Positions 10,469-20,182 of a DNA stretch of 64,000 bases are shown in pieces. The first letter of the stretch is position 1. Each line of letters opens with the position of its first letter. This DNA comes from an uncultured Methanosarcinales archaeon (lineage in GTDB: Archaea > Nanobdellota > Nanobdellia > Woesearchaeales > CAZYIM01). Both the position numbers and the translations under genes were made by a program. The DNA lies in the NCBI GenBank assembly GCA_964647565.1, contig CAZYIM010000011.1, positions 1-64,000 of the forward strand. The letters run 5' to 3'. Under the pieces are notes generated by a model. It worked only from the letters and a program-made list of their open reading frames with translations. It made no database searches and was not told the origin of the DNA.

Positions 10469-11500
10469 ATGGACATTGTCCGTTTCGGGTTGTTAGGTTG
10501 TGGTAGAATTGCAAAGATGCATCTTAGTTCTATCGCCAGTATCGAAGGCTCTGAGCTGGCTGCTATCTGCGACATCGACAAGAAAAAAAGAACTGTCGCA
10601 AAGAAGTTGAATGTTCCGTTCTACACAGACTATAAGAAGATGTTGAAAAGAAATGATATCGATATTATTTCAATCTGCACTCCCAACGGCATGCATTTTA
10701 AGATGGCAAGGGACACAATCCTGTCAGGAAAACATGTGCTTTTAGAAAAACCAATAACCCTAAATCTCAGAGACAATGACAACCTGATCAACCTGGCCAA
10801 GGATCATGAAAAACATTTTTTTGCAGTCAAACAAGTTCGATTCAATCCAGCTATCCAGGCCTTAAAACAGGCTATCAAAGAAAATAAATTTAAAAAGATA
10901 CATTCAGCGGCATTGGTTGTCAGATGGCAAAGACCACAAAAATACTTCGATGAGTCAAACTGGAGAGGTTCAAAAAAACTTGACGGCGGAACCCTCGTCA
11001 ATCAGGGCATCCATTACATCGATATCCTACAATGGATCCTGGGTCCTGTGAAAAGTGTGTTTGGAAAGAAGGCCACATTAGCTCATAACATAGAAATTGA
11101 AGACTTTGCAACAGCTATAATAACCTTCAAGAACAGATGCTATGCAACTGTTGAATTCTCTGTGAACACTTATCCAAAAAACCTTGAATGCAGCATCACA
11201 GTCCTTGGTGAAAAAGGAAGCGTCAAGCTTTCAGGCAGTGCAATGAATAAAATCGAATTCTGGCATGTGGAAGATTGTCCCAAACCAGATATAGAAAACG
11301 GCTTATCCCCCAATATATATGCAAACGGTATGTATCAGGGATCCTGTCCAAATCACATCTTTGTCTATCAAGAGATACTGAATGTGCTCAAAGGCGACAA
11401 CATCACATATACAGACGGTCATGATGCAAGGAAATCCTTAGAACTTGTCCAGGCAATCTATACAAGTTCTGAACTTGGAAAGGAGATTCATTTCCTATGA
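10469..11500 (+). CDS. Gfo/Idh/MocA oxidoreductase (WbpB/WlbA-like)
   Basis: GCGRIA, TPNGMH, EKP, W.RPQ.Y and DGGTLVNQGIHYID motifs; coupled to the acetyltransferase and aminotransferase genes. Confidence 0.85.
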   Translation: MDIVRFGLLGCGRIAKMHLSSIASIEGSELAAICDIDKKKRTVAKKLNVPFYTDYKKMLKRNDIDIISICTPNGMHFKMARDTILSGKHVLLEKPITLNLRDNDNLINLAKDHEKHFFAVKQVRFNPAIQALKQAIKENKFKKIHSAALVVRWQRPQKYFDESNWRGSKKLDGGTLVNQGIHYIDILQWILGPVKSVFGKKATLAHNIEIEDFATAIITFKNRCYATVEFSVNTYPKNLECSITVLGEKGSVKLSGSAMNKIEFWHVEDCPKPDIENGLSPNIYANGMYQGSCPNHIFVYQEILNVLKGDNITYTDGHDARKSLELVQAIYTSSELGKEIHFL

Positions 11501-12189
11501 AACACAGAATAATAGCCAAAAACGCAAAGATAGGAAATAACTGCAAAATAGGTTTCAATGTAGTCATACATCCAGATACCATCATAGGCAACAATGTCCG
11601 AATTGACGACAATACAGTCATAGGCAAACTGCCTATGAAAGCAGCCATAAGCAAGACAACAGAAACCAAATCCCTACCAGGAACTATAATTGAAGACAAC
11701 TGCCTTGTAGGCGCTAACTGTGTCATCTATAGGGGCGCAAAGATAAGCAAAGATGTATTAATCGCCGACCTTGCATCGATCAGAGAAGACGTCAGCATAG
11801 GAGAAAAAACAATTGTTGGCAGAGGAGTTGCAATAGAAAACAAGTGCAGGATAGGCAAGCGCTGCAAAATAGAAACCAATGTCTACATAACTGCCCTATC
11901 AGAAATCAAAGATAATTGCTTCATCGCACCAGGAGTATTGACATCAAATGATAATTTCGCAGGCAGATCAGAAGAACGTTATAAGCATTACAAAGGAGCT
12001 ACCCTGAAAACAGGAGCAAGGATAGGTGTCGGCGCAATAATCCTGCCAGGCAAAACATTGAATGAGGATTGCCTGATTGCAGCAGGCAGTGTTGTAACCC
12101 AAGACATTAAAAAAAATAAGATAGCAATGGGTATACCTGCTAAAGAAAAAAAAGATGTGCCAAAAGACCAATTGCTGGAGAACCAATGA
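11497..12189 (+). CDS. Hexapeptide-repeat N-acetyltransferase (WbpD/WlbB-like)
   Basis: Left-handed beta-helix repeats; FIAPGV..SND and AGSVVT.D motifs. Confidence 0.85.
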   Translation: MKHRIIAKNAKIGNNCKIGFNVVIHPDTIIGNNVRIDDNTVIGKLPMKAAISKTTETKSLPGTIIEDNCLVGANCVIYRGAKISKDVLIADLASIREDVSIGEKTIVGRGVAIENKCRIGKRCKIETNVYITALSEIKDNCFIAPGVLTSNDNFAGRSEERYKHYKGATLKTGARIGVGAIILPGKTLNEDCLIAAGSVVTQDIKKNKIAMGIPAKEKKDVPKDQLLENQ

Positions 12190-13280
12190 AAGTCCCATAT
12201 TTTGACCTGACAAGACAATATAAGCAAGACAAGAAAGAGATAGACAAAGCAGTGCATAGCGTACTCAGCTCAGGAAGACTCATCCTAGGAAACAATGTAA
12301 ATTCCTTTGAAGAGGAATTCAAGAACTACAACAACTCCAAGCATGCAATAGGAGTTGCTTCTGGAAGCGATGCCTTGCTATTAAGCCTTATGGCATTAAA
12401 CATCAAACCAGGCGACGAAGTCATCACCACACCCTTCACATTCATTGCAACAGCAACCTGCATAACCAGACTCGGGGCAAAGCCAGTCTTTGTTGACATA
12501 AGAAAAGACACTTTCAATATTGACGAAAACAAGATAGAAAATGCAATCACAAGAAGAACCAAAGCCATCATTCCAGTACACCTCTACGGCCAGATGTCCA
12601 AGATGGACCACATCACAGCTATAGCGCTCAAACACAACATTCCAATCATCGAGGACTGCTGCCAGTCAGTTGGCAGCGAACATAAAAGAGTACAGGCAGG
12701 CAACTACGGCCTGATAGGTTGCTTCAGTTTCTACCCCACAAAAAACCTCGGCACAGCAGGAGATGGCGGCATGATAGTGACCAACAATGACAAACTAGCT
12801 AAAAAACTCAGGATGTTAAGAGCTCATGGCGCAGATAACAAGTACGTCCATCAACTAAGAGGTATAAACAGCAGACTGGATGAATTACAGGCAGCCATGC
12901 TAAGAATAAAGTTAAGGAAACTGGAAAAAAGAACAGAAAAAAGAATAAGCAATGCACAAACATACTCAAACAGCATCCAAAACTTCAAGACACCCATCAC
13001 TCAGCAACATTCAAGACATGTCTTCAACAACTTCAGCATACTTTCAAACAATAGAGAAAAACTAATGACATATCTGGAAAAAAAAGGTATTGGCAGTTGC
13101 ATACACTACCCAATCCCACTGCACCTCCAACCATGTTTTAGTTATCTAAAGTACAAAAAAGGGGACTTTCCAGTCTCAGAAGATATATCTAAAAAAGTCC
13201 TCTCCATCCCAATCTTTCCAGAACTGAAAAAAGAAGAACAAGATCATGTAATAAACACTCTCAACAGCTTTTCTCCCTGA
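12186..13280 (+). CDS. DegT/DnrJ/EryC1/StrS aminotransferase (WbpE/WlbC-like)
   Basis: SGSDAL, PVHLYGQ, SFYPTKNLG..GDGG (PLP lysine) and NSRLDELQAA motifs. Confidence 0.92.
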   Translation: MKVPYFDLTRQYKQDKKEIDKAVHSVLSSGRLILGNNVNSFEEEFKNYNNSKHAIGVASGSDALLLSLMALNIKPGDEVITTPFTFIATATCITRLGAKPVFVDIRKDTFNIDENKIENAITRRTKAIIPVHLYGQMSKMDHITAIALKHNIPIIEDCCQSVGSEHKRVQAGNYGLIGCFSFYPTKNLGTAGDGGMIVTNNDKLAKKLRMLRAHGADNKYVHQLRGINSRLDELQAAMLRIKLRKLEKRTEKRISNAQTYSNSIQNFKTPITQQHSRHVFNNFSILSNNREKLMTYLEKKGIGSCIHYPIPLHLQPCFSYLKYKKGDFPVSEDISKKVLSIPIFPELKKEEQDHVINTLNSFSP

Positions 13281-13415
13281 ACCACGGAAGTTTTTCGGAA
13301 AAACTCAAGAAACATATAAAAACCTTATTTCTAGATTTCTAAAGTTATGAAAACAAGTCATGAGCCAAAAGATTTAAATACTTTTGCGTATTTTAAAGTA
13401 CTTAAAGGTGATATA

Positions 13416-13649
13416 ATGGCTTTAAAACAGATCAGCTTGACCGTCCCAGATGCTCTTTTAGAAGCAACCAAAGAATATTCCGAAGAATTTGGATACAAGA
13501 ATGTCCAGGAACTGATTCTTGACCTGCTCAGGAACAAAGTACTAATGCAAAAACTAAAGAGATACCAACTTGTTGAGGAACAGATGAAAGCAGGAAAAGC
13601 AAAAAAGTTCAACCAAAAGGATGCGGTCAATTACATAAAAGGACTGTAA
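13416..13649 (+). CDS. Putative ribbon-helix-helix antitoxin
   Basis: KQISLTVPD beta-strand then helices; AGGTGA before ATG 13416; directly upstream of a RelE-like gene. Confidence 0.7.
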   Translation: MALKQISLTVPDALLEATKEYSEEFGYKNVQELILDLLRNKVLMQKLKRYQLVEEQMKAGKAKKFNQKDAVNYIKGL

Positions 13650-13650
13650 G

Positions 13651-13905
13651 ATGGATTACACTATAGAGTTCAGCTATATTTTTGAAAAGTCTATGAAAAA
13701 GCTGAAGAAGAAAAACAAACCATTATTCAATCAGATACAAAGAAAACTTCTAGAAATTATAGAAAATCCAGAGCACTACAAACCTCTTAAAAATATTCTT
13801 GCAGGATATCGAAGAATAAAGTTCGGTCCGTTTGTTCTCGTTTACAAGATCGAAGGTAATATCGTAAGAATAATCACAATAGAACATCACGATAAAGCAT
13901 ATTAA
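13651..13905 (+). CDS. RelE/ParE-family toxin
   Basis: 84 aa; NPEHYKPL...L.GYRRI...FVLVYKI...HHDKAY pattern. Confidence 0.85.
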   Translation: MDYTIEFSYIFEKSMKKLKKKNKPLFNQIQRKLLEIIENPEHYKPLKNILAGYRRIKFGPFVLVYKIEGNIVRIITIEHHDKAY

Positions 13906-14837
13906 GCCTTCTCCCTGAACCAATCAACTGTCCTTCGAACACCCTCTTCAAAATCAACAATGGGCTCATAGCCAATCAGCATCTTGGCCTTGTCAAGCTT
14001 GGCAAGCGAATGCATCACATCCCCCTGCCGTTCATCCTTAAAGACAGGCTTCACCTTGGTTCCAAGAATGCCGTTAATAATCTGCACCAACTGTAATAAA
14101 CTATAGCTGCTGCCAGTGGCGATGTTCACAGTTTCTCCGTAATGGATCCTTTTGGCCTTGGCAGCAAGGATATTTGCATGTATATTGTTCTCAACAAATG
14201 TAAAATCCCTGGTCTGCGTCCCATTCCCATATATAACCGGCTTCTTATCCTTAAGTATTGAAGTGATGAACTTAGGAATCACAGCTGCATAAGCAGATGC
14301 AGGATTCTGTCTTGGACCAAAGACATTGAAGTATCTTAAACAGATCGTACTCATATCATAAAGATGCGCAAACACCTTACAATAATACTCACCCATAAGT
14401 TTCTGTGCAGCATAAGGCGATAAAGGCTGAGGTTTCATGAACTCGATCTTGTGTTTCTGGGGTCTGTTCCCATAGACAGAAGACGAAGAAGCATATACAA
14501 ACCGTTTCACACCTGCCTCTCTGGCAGCAGTCAACAAGTTCAATGTACCAAGAGCATTATGACGGTGAGAAAGCGAAGGGTTGTCAATACTTCTAGGAAC
14601 AGAAGGCAAAGCAGCATGATGCAAAACAACATCAACATCTTTTAAAACTGACTTCATAAAGTCAATCTCAGCAATATCACCGCCAACTAAAGTGATATCA
14701 TCCTGAACACCATTAAGATTAGAGACTCTTCCAGTAACAAGGTTATCTACAACAATGACCTCTTCTTTACGCTTAACAAGCTCATGGACGATATTAGAAC
14801 CAATGAAACCTGCACCACCTGTCACTAGATACTTCAT
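13902..14837 (-). CDS. UDP-GlcNAc(A) 4-epimerase-like SDR (WbpP-like)
   Basis: TGGAGFIG, AALPSVPRS, YAAQK and RYFNVFGPRQNP..AYAAVIP motifs. Confidence 0.88.
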   Translation of the reverse strand: MKYLVTGGAGFIGSNIVHELVKRKEEVIVVDNLVTGRVSNLNGVQDDITLVGGDIAEIDFMKSVLKDVDVVLHHAALPSVPRSIDNPSLSHRHNALGTLNLLTAAREAGVKRFVYASSSSVYGNRPQKHKIEFMKPQPLSPYAAQKLMGEYYCKVFAHLYDMSTICLRYFNVFGPRQNPASAYAAVIPKFITSILKDKKPVIYGNGTQTRDFTFVENNIHANILAAKAKRIHYGETVNIATGSSYSLLQLVQIINGILGTKVKPVFKDERQGDVMHSLAKLDKAKMLIGYEPIVDFEEGVRRTVDWFREKA

Positions 14838-14902
14838 AACTAACCCCTCTATAAGTTAGCTATGGAGAAACAGGATTATTTAAACCTTTCTATAGAGGAA
14901 AC

Positions 14903-15123
14903 AAATAAGCATTCATGGTCACTCCACTACGTTGCGTTCTCGGGTTCGCAAAGAGGCTTGCGAACCATGGCCAGGCGAGCCGACAATATGCATTCCCGAA
15001 GGGCTAGTTAAAGAGTGGGACTGAACCAAAGGCGAAAGCCGCACACGTCCTCAAGGGGCGTAACCCTTGGGAGAGTAGGACTTTCGAAGAAAGTCTGTCT
15101 GTGCCATGTATGAATGCTTATTT
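14903..15123 (+). ncRNA. Structured intergenic element A (candidate ncRNA or palindromic mobile unit)
   Basis: Perfect 14-bp terminal inverted repeat AAATAAGCATTCAT/ATGAATGCTTATTT; GC-rich nested hairpins (GGTTCGCAA/TTGCGAACC, GGC-GAAA-GCC, GGACTTTC-GAA-GAAAGTCT). G-U pairing favours the + strand. Identity unknown. Confidence 0.6.
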
Positions 15124-15183
15124 TCAGAAAAAAGACCTCAATAGTTTAGCAATCTTTTTATATATCATCCTCTTCCCTATCTC

Positions 15184-16371
15184 ATGTCTCGGGTGGCGTT
15201 GATTTATCATATGAATCTAGATCATTCTAGAATAGACGACAACCTATACTTAGACTTCATTGAAAAGGAGTTCATCCATTTCTTCCAATCCGCTTCACAA
15301 GTCAAAATAAACCTGTCTTCAATGGGCAAAGACTGGGAAACCATCAATAGAATCAATCCAAAAGCAATTGAATATGTAAGGGACAATAAGAACATCAAAG
15401 TACTTAACGGCTTCTTCTCACATATGATGCCGTCCATACATCCAAAGCTGGCATCAGCCAACATAGGTCTTGGCTCTTACTTCCATAAAAACCTTTTCAA
15501 GGACCAATTATCAGATTACGGATTTGTTCCTGAATTCGATGCCTACTCAGCATTCATCCCAATAGCAAGGAACATCTGGAAAGGCACCATCATCAGCAAC
15601 GGCATCCATTTATACGATTTCAGAAACAGTTTCAACCCAAAACTAAACAAGGAAGACAAGGACAAACCATTCCTAAAGATACTGGGCACTGACGGAAGAG
15701 GCTCAATGAACGCTCTTATCTCTGATGACAAGAACCTCAGAAACAGCTATCTGAACATGTACAGAGAACAAATATCACCCGAGCAGCACACAAAGACAAT
15801 AGAAAGCCTAGCAAAACAAAAAGGAACCCTGACCTTCTTGATGGATCTTGAGACAGTAATGCTCAACCAGGTGCATTTCGACAACAATGAAATCTCACCT
15901 CCAAGATATGATATCTGGAAAGCATACAACGACCAATTAACCAAGATAAACACAGAATTCGTACATCTAGACGATATAAACATCCCAGAACAGGAAGGAA
16001 CCCTGGTACTTCCCAGAGACAAGAAAAAATGGCTAACAAGAACAAATTCTTCAGACATCTATAACAAGATTGAAGACATTGATCTCGAAAAACTAACTCA
16101 ATACCAGTTCAGAACCCTATTATTGGCTGCAGGCTCTGATCCAATCTCTGCACTATACTCTGCAGGGGAAACCATGACAGCAGATTCCACCTTTGAAGGA
16201 AAGCCAGGAAAGATGATAATCAAACCCAATTACAATCGAATATTAAACGCTTACCGAATGCTTGCATCTATAGAACTCAAAGAGGATATTAACGAGCATA
16301 TGCAGGATTTCCCAGAATCATCCGAAAGAATTCTTAACCTTCTTCACAATATCTGTGAGAAGAAGTACTAA
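15184..16371 (+). CDS. Divergent GH57-like glycoside hydrolase
   Basis: GH57-like motifs in the expected order: YHMNL, FSH, GFVPE (nucleophile), MDLE (acid/base), AGSD. Confidence 0.55.
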   Translation: MSRVALIYHMNLDHSRIDDNLYLDFIEKEFIHFFQSASQVKINLSSMGKDWETINRINPKAIEYVRDNKNIKVLNGFFSHMMPSIHPKLASANIGLGSYFHKNLFKDQLSDYGFVPEFDAYSAFIPIARNIWKGTIISNGIHLYDFRNSFNPKLNKEDKDKPFLKILGTDGRGSMNALISDDKNLRNSYLNMYREQISPEQHTKTIESLAKQKGTLTFLMDLETVMLNQVHFDNNEISPPRYDIWKAYNDQLTKINTEFVHLDDINIPEQEGTLVLPRDKKKWLTRTNSSDIYNKIEDIDLEKLTQYQFRTLLLAAGSDPISALYSAGETMTADSTFEGKPGKMIIKPNYNRILNAYRMLASIELKEDINEHMQDFPESSERILNLLHNICEKKY

Positions 16372-16431
16372 CTACCCAAAACTTTAAATATAACCTAAAT
16401 AATGGTCATAATAACCTAAATAGCGGTTATA

Positions 16432-16950
16432 ATGACTCTACAAACTTTATTAAAAAACAACGAAAACGCAAGAAAGATCTTTGGAAAGCGTGAATTAAAA
16501 ATAATAGAAAAACAATTATTAGGAATAAACCTTTCTCAATCAGAAAAGAATCGTCTTTCCAGAGACATTCGACCCAAGCTTGAATTCATAAAAGAATGCG
16601 CCAGATTCGAAAACAGTTTCAAGTTAAAAAAAGGAGCAATAATCAAGGAAAAGATCAACACAGCAAAAAACATAATTCTACAAAGCAGATTCAAAGACCA
16701 AATAAAGAAAATTATCCTGTACGGCTCAACCATCCAAAATGATCTGACTTTTCGCTCTGACATCGATATAGCCATCTCATTAAAAAAAATCAGTCTAAAA
16801 GAAGCAACTAAAATAAGAATAGAATTATTAGGAATATTACCATCTAAAATCGATCTACAAATTCTCGAAACTCTTCCGGAAAAAATCAAGAAAGAGATAA
16901 AAACCAATAATAAGATCCTCTACACTAATGAGGATAAAAGAAAAGATTGA
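16432..16950 (+). CDS. Minimal nucleotidyltransferase (MNT) antitoxin with N-terminal extension
   Basis: LYGS...RSDIDIA and IDLQ motifs; overlaps the HEPN gene. Confidence 0.85.
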   Translation: MTLQTLLKNNENARKIFGKRELKIIEKQLLGINLSQSEKNRLSRDIRPKLEFIKECARFENSFKLKKGAIIKEKINTAKNIILQSRFKDQIKKIILYGSTIQNDLTFRSDIDIAISLKKISLKEATKIRIELLGILPSKIDLQILETLPEKIKKEIKTNNKILYTNEDKRKD

Positions 16951-17335
16951 TGAAATAAACAACTATCTTTCTGAACTTGAAGAAATCACACCATCAAATT
17001 TCAAAGAATACTGCCAGATTAAAAATAAAGCAGCATGTGAAAGATACCTTGAAAAAATCATAGAAGCAGTAATTGATTTAAGCTTCTTGATAATCAAGAA
17101 AAAAGAGTTCAAAATCCCAGAAAAGGACGCCCAGGCATTTGATATTCTGAAAGATGAAAAGATCATAACAGATCAACTTTCAAAAAAACTCAAACAAGCC
17201 AAAGGTATGAGAAATTTATTAGCCCACGAATATGGCTCCATCGACAACCAAATAGTTTTCGAATCAATAACAACAGAACTATCAAGAGACGTTAAAGAAT
17301 TCCTGAAAAGACTATCTCAACCAAAAACTTTATAA
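16928..17335 (+). CDS. HEPN (DUF86/HepT-like) ribonuclease toxin
   Basis: RNLLAHEY (RX4HXY) and ACER.L..IIEA..D motifs. Confidence 0.88.
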   Translation: MRIKEKIDEINNYLSELEEITPSNFKEYCQIKNKAACERYLEKIIEAVIDLSFLIIKKKEFKIPEKDAQAFDILKDEKIITDQLSKKLKQAKGMRNLLAHEYGSIDNQIVFESITTELSRDVKEFLKRLSQPKTL

Positions 17336-17362
17336 AGAACATGCGTTCTTTAAAAAGAACAG

Positions 17363-17884
17363 ATGTTTGAAAAGCTAGATAAAACTGACTGGAAAGTATT
17401 GAACCTAATCGTAGACAACCCGTATAAGAAATTCTACCTAAGGGAAATCTCTAAAGAGCTGAACATATCTCCAAGCTCAGTTAAAAAAGCATTGGACCGT
17501 CTAAAAGAACTAAACCTGACAAAAGAAGAACACTTGGCCAACTTACGGATAATCTCCGCAAACATAGAAGAAACCCTTTTAAAGCAAATTAAAAAGACTA
17601 AAAACATTGAAATGATAAACCCATTGATAAAAAAAATCGAACCATCAACATCCATCGTTCTCTTCGGCAGCATGGCTAAAGGTGAAAACGATAATAACAG
17701 CGACATAGACCTGCTTGTGATCACCAATAAACATGAACCATTTGACCTCCACGAATATAAAAATCATCCTGTCCAGATAATCAAGATGTCTCCTGCAAAC
17801 TGGAAAAAAGTAAAAGAGAACAATCCTGCTTTAACCAAAGAGATAAAACAAGGGATCCTGCTTAAAGGAGAGATGCCGGAATGA
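17363..17884 (+). CDS. HTH-MNT nucleotidyltransferase
   Basis: N-terminal wHTH (FYLREISKELNISPSSV); LFGS.AKG....SDIDLLV motif. Confidence 0.85.
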   Translation: MFEKLDKTDWKVLNLIVDNPYKKFYLREISKELNISPSSVKKALDRLKELNLTKEEHLANLRIISANIEETLLKQIKKTKNIEMINPLIKKIEPSTSIVLFGSMAKGENDNNSDIDLLVITNKHEPFDLHEYKNHPVQIIKMSPANWKKVKENNPALTKEIKQGILLKGEMPE

Positions 17885-18312
17885 AAGTGAAAGAGCTTTT
17901 TGAGAAGAGACTGCTCAGAAAGATTCCGGTAGACAATGAAAAGGTTAAAAAGTCACTGAAACTGGCAGCAAAAAATCTGCAGGATGGAAAAGACATCGAG
18001 AAGACAAACAATCTAAATTTTGCAATACTCGCAGCATACATGTCAATGTTCCACGCCGCAAGAGCCCTTTTATATAAAGAAGGCGTCCAGGAAAAAAGCC
18101 ACTTTGCAGTATTCATCTATCTGAAAGAGGAACATTCAAAACAAATAGGTGATGATCTTGTATTCGAATTCAATAATGCAAGAGAGCAGAGGCATGAAAG
18201 CCTGTACGGACTTGAGTCTGAATTCAATATAAAAGACACCAACCACATCATTAAAGTTGCAAAACAGTTCTTAAAGAAGATCCGGAATATAATCACAACC
18301 TCAAATACCTAA
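17881..18312 (+). CDS. HEPN-domain protein
   Basis: AY.SMFHAARALL...G..EKSH and RHESLY motifs; ATGA-coupled to the MNT gene. Confidence 0.85.
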   Translation: MKVKELFEKRLLRKIPVDNEKVKKSLKLAAKNLQDGKDIEKTNNLNFAILAAYMSMFHAARALLYKEGVQEKSHFAVFIYLKEEHSKQIGDDLVFEFNNAREQRHESLYGLESEFNIKDTNHIIKVAKQFLKKIRNIITTSNT

Positions 18313-19558
18313 ATCCTTTTCTCTTAGCATCCAGACGATCAAAGAAAGCCTTTATATCTATCAAGTTCCTATGTTTCAACACCTTCTTAAAGCCGTCTAA
18401 TCCAAAATCCCCAAACTCTGAATGAGGAGAAAACAACACAGCACAATCGAGTTTAGGCAACTTCTCCAACCTCACATTCACAACTCCAAACTGTTTCATG
18501 ACCCGACCATTCTTCAGTCTAGGATCGCATCCGATTACACTGACACCAAAGCGTTTCAAATACCTGATGATATCTCCTGCCTTTGAATTCCTGGTATCAG
18601 GCACATTTTCCTTAAATGTCAATCCAAACACCCCAATCTTAGCTTTTTTCAGGGGTACACCAGAATCCGAAAGCATCTTTAAACAACTTTCACCGACAAA
18701 ATTCGCCATCCTCTCATTGAGCTCGCAGCCAGAAAGGATGATCTTAGGATAATAACCCTGTTCCTGGGCAATATAAGTAAGATAATAAGGATCAACACCA
18801 ATGCAATGCCCGCCAACAAGACCAGGAAAATACTTATGAAAATTCCACTTGGTACCTGCTGCCTCCAAAACCTCGCGAGTATCAATGCCCAATCTTGAAA
18901 ATATCAACGAAAGCTCATTCATCAATGCAATATTCAAGCCTCTCTGGATATTCTCAATTACTTTAGAAGCTTCTGCAACCTTTATAGAGCTAGCCTTGTG
19001 AACACCTACCTTGACAACAGAGCTATAGACATCAGCAATCTTATCAAGGGTTTTCTTGTCACAACCAGCCACAACTTTAACAATATTGGTCAGTGTATGT
19101 TTTTTGTCTCCAGGATTGATCCTCTCAGGAGAATAACCAACAAAAAAATCCTTCATGTATTTCAAACCAGACTCCTCAGCCAGGATTGGCACACAGACAT
19201 CTTCAATAACTCCAGGATAGACAGTGCTCTCAAAGACAACAATAGCTCCTTTCTTTAAGTTCCCACCCACAATAGAAGAAGCTCGTCTCATAGGCCCAAG
19301 GTCAGGCTTAAAAGAGTCATCAATAGGAGTTGGCACTGCAACTATCACAAAATCACACTCAGAAAGTACAGTAGGATCAGAATAGAACGATGCGTTGCAT
19401 TTAGACATGTCCCCAATCTCACCAGTCCTGTCAATACCGCTGTTAAGATCATCAACAACAGATCTCTTTATGTCAAATCCAAAGACAGTATATTTCTTAC
19501 TTAACTCACATGCCAATGGCAAGCCAACATAACCTAGACCAACCACACCTATTTTCAT
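18293..19558 (-). CDS. UDP-N-acetylhexosamine 6-dehydrogenase (WbpA/TviB family)
   Basis: GLGYVGLP, VPTP, ESTVYPG, SPERINPGD, GGHCIGVDPYYL and FKENVPD.RNS motifs. Confidence 0.92.
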   Translation of the reverse strand: MKIGVVGLGYVGLPLACELSKKYTVFGFDIKRSVVDDLNSGIDRTGEIGDMSKCNASFYSDPTVLSECDFVIVAVPTPIDDSFKPDLGPMRRASSIVGGNLKKGAIVVFESTVYPGVIEDVCVPILAEESGLKYMKDFFVGYSPERINPGDKKHTLTNIVKVVAGCDKKTLDKIADVYSSVVKVGVHKASSIKVAEASKVIENIQRGLNIALMNELSLIFSRLGIDTREVLEAAGTKWNFHKYFPGLVGGHCIGVDPYYLTYIAQEQGYYPKIILSGCELNERMANFVGESCLKMLSDSGVPLKKAKIGVFGLTFKENVPDTRNSKAGDIIRYLKRFGVSVIGCDPRLKNGRVMKQFGVVNVRLEKLPKLDCAVLFSPHSEFGDFGLDGFKKVLKHRNLIDIKAFFDRLDAKRKGFRYLRL

Positions 19559-19605
19559 TTGAAACCACAACTAATAGAAATATTAATACTATTTAAACCT
19601 TGCCC

Positions 19606-19968
19606 TCACTTGACAAACTCAACTCCACTCACACCCTTAAAATCATTATCACCAGTTAGGAAATTAACACCCATTCTCCTGGCAACAGTATAGCCAATAC
19701 AATCAGGCACTGACCAGTTTTTATTCTCTTTCTTCAAATTCATAGCGTCTTTCACATCTGAAGGCGTTACATCAACCAAGAAGCAGAAAAACATATCAAT
19801 AAATTCATCTGCTTTTTTCTTGCCAAGTTTCTTCATTAAGTTCCAATTGAGTTCTGTAAGATTAAAAATAGTGGTAATAGCCCTATAATCCCCATATTTA
19901 GCATAAGCAGGATTACCTACTATCAATTCAATAAAAGCGTAAGTGTCAAAAAAATAGTATCTAGTCAT
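19606..19968 (-). CDS. PIN-domain (VapC-like) toxin
   Basis: FFDTYAFIE, E, S.PD and LTGD.DF acidic motifs. Confidence 0.88.
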   Translation of the reverse strand: MTRYYFFDTYAFIELIVGNPAYAKYGDYRAITTIFNLTELNWNLMKKLGKKKADEFIDMFFCFLVDVTPSDVKDAMNLKKENKNWSVPDCIGYTVARRMGVNFLTGDNDFKGVSGVEFVK

Positions 19969-20182
19969 CCCAAAGCTCCTTGTCAGATTCATCCAACAAT
20001 TTTTGTGTGTCTATCTTCATTTTGACACTACCAAAAACCTGTCTTAAAGGATTTTGTTTCTTAACAATTCTTAATTGGACGGTATCTCCCGGCTTCAAAT
20101 TCTCTTTCTCAATTAGTTTTTTAGGGATAACAACACCTATTGATCGACCCCAATTTCGCAAATCAGATTCTGTTTCTATCAT
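19961..20182 (-). CDS. AbrB/MazE-type antitoxin (VapB-like)
   Basis: WGRSIGVVIPK...LKPGDTV motif; overlaps the PIN gene. Confidence 0.85.
   Translation of the reverse strand: MIETESDLRNWGRSIGVVIPKKLIEKENLKPGDTVQLRIVKKQNPLRQVFGSVKMKIDTQKLLDESDKELWDD

Noticed and set aside
14985..15108. 5S rRNA (CATTCCCGAA, AGTTAA and GGGAGAGTAGG resemble 5S motifs)
   Set aside because: Spacing and helices do not fit 5S, and the part shared with element B is a different structure. An Rfam search is still advisable.
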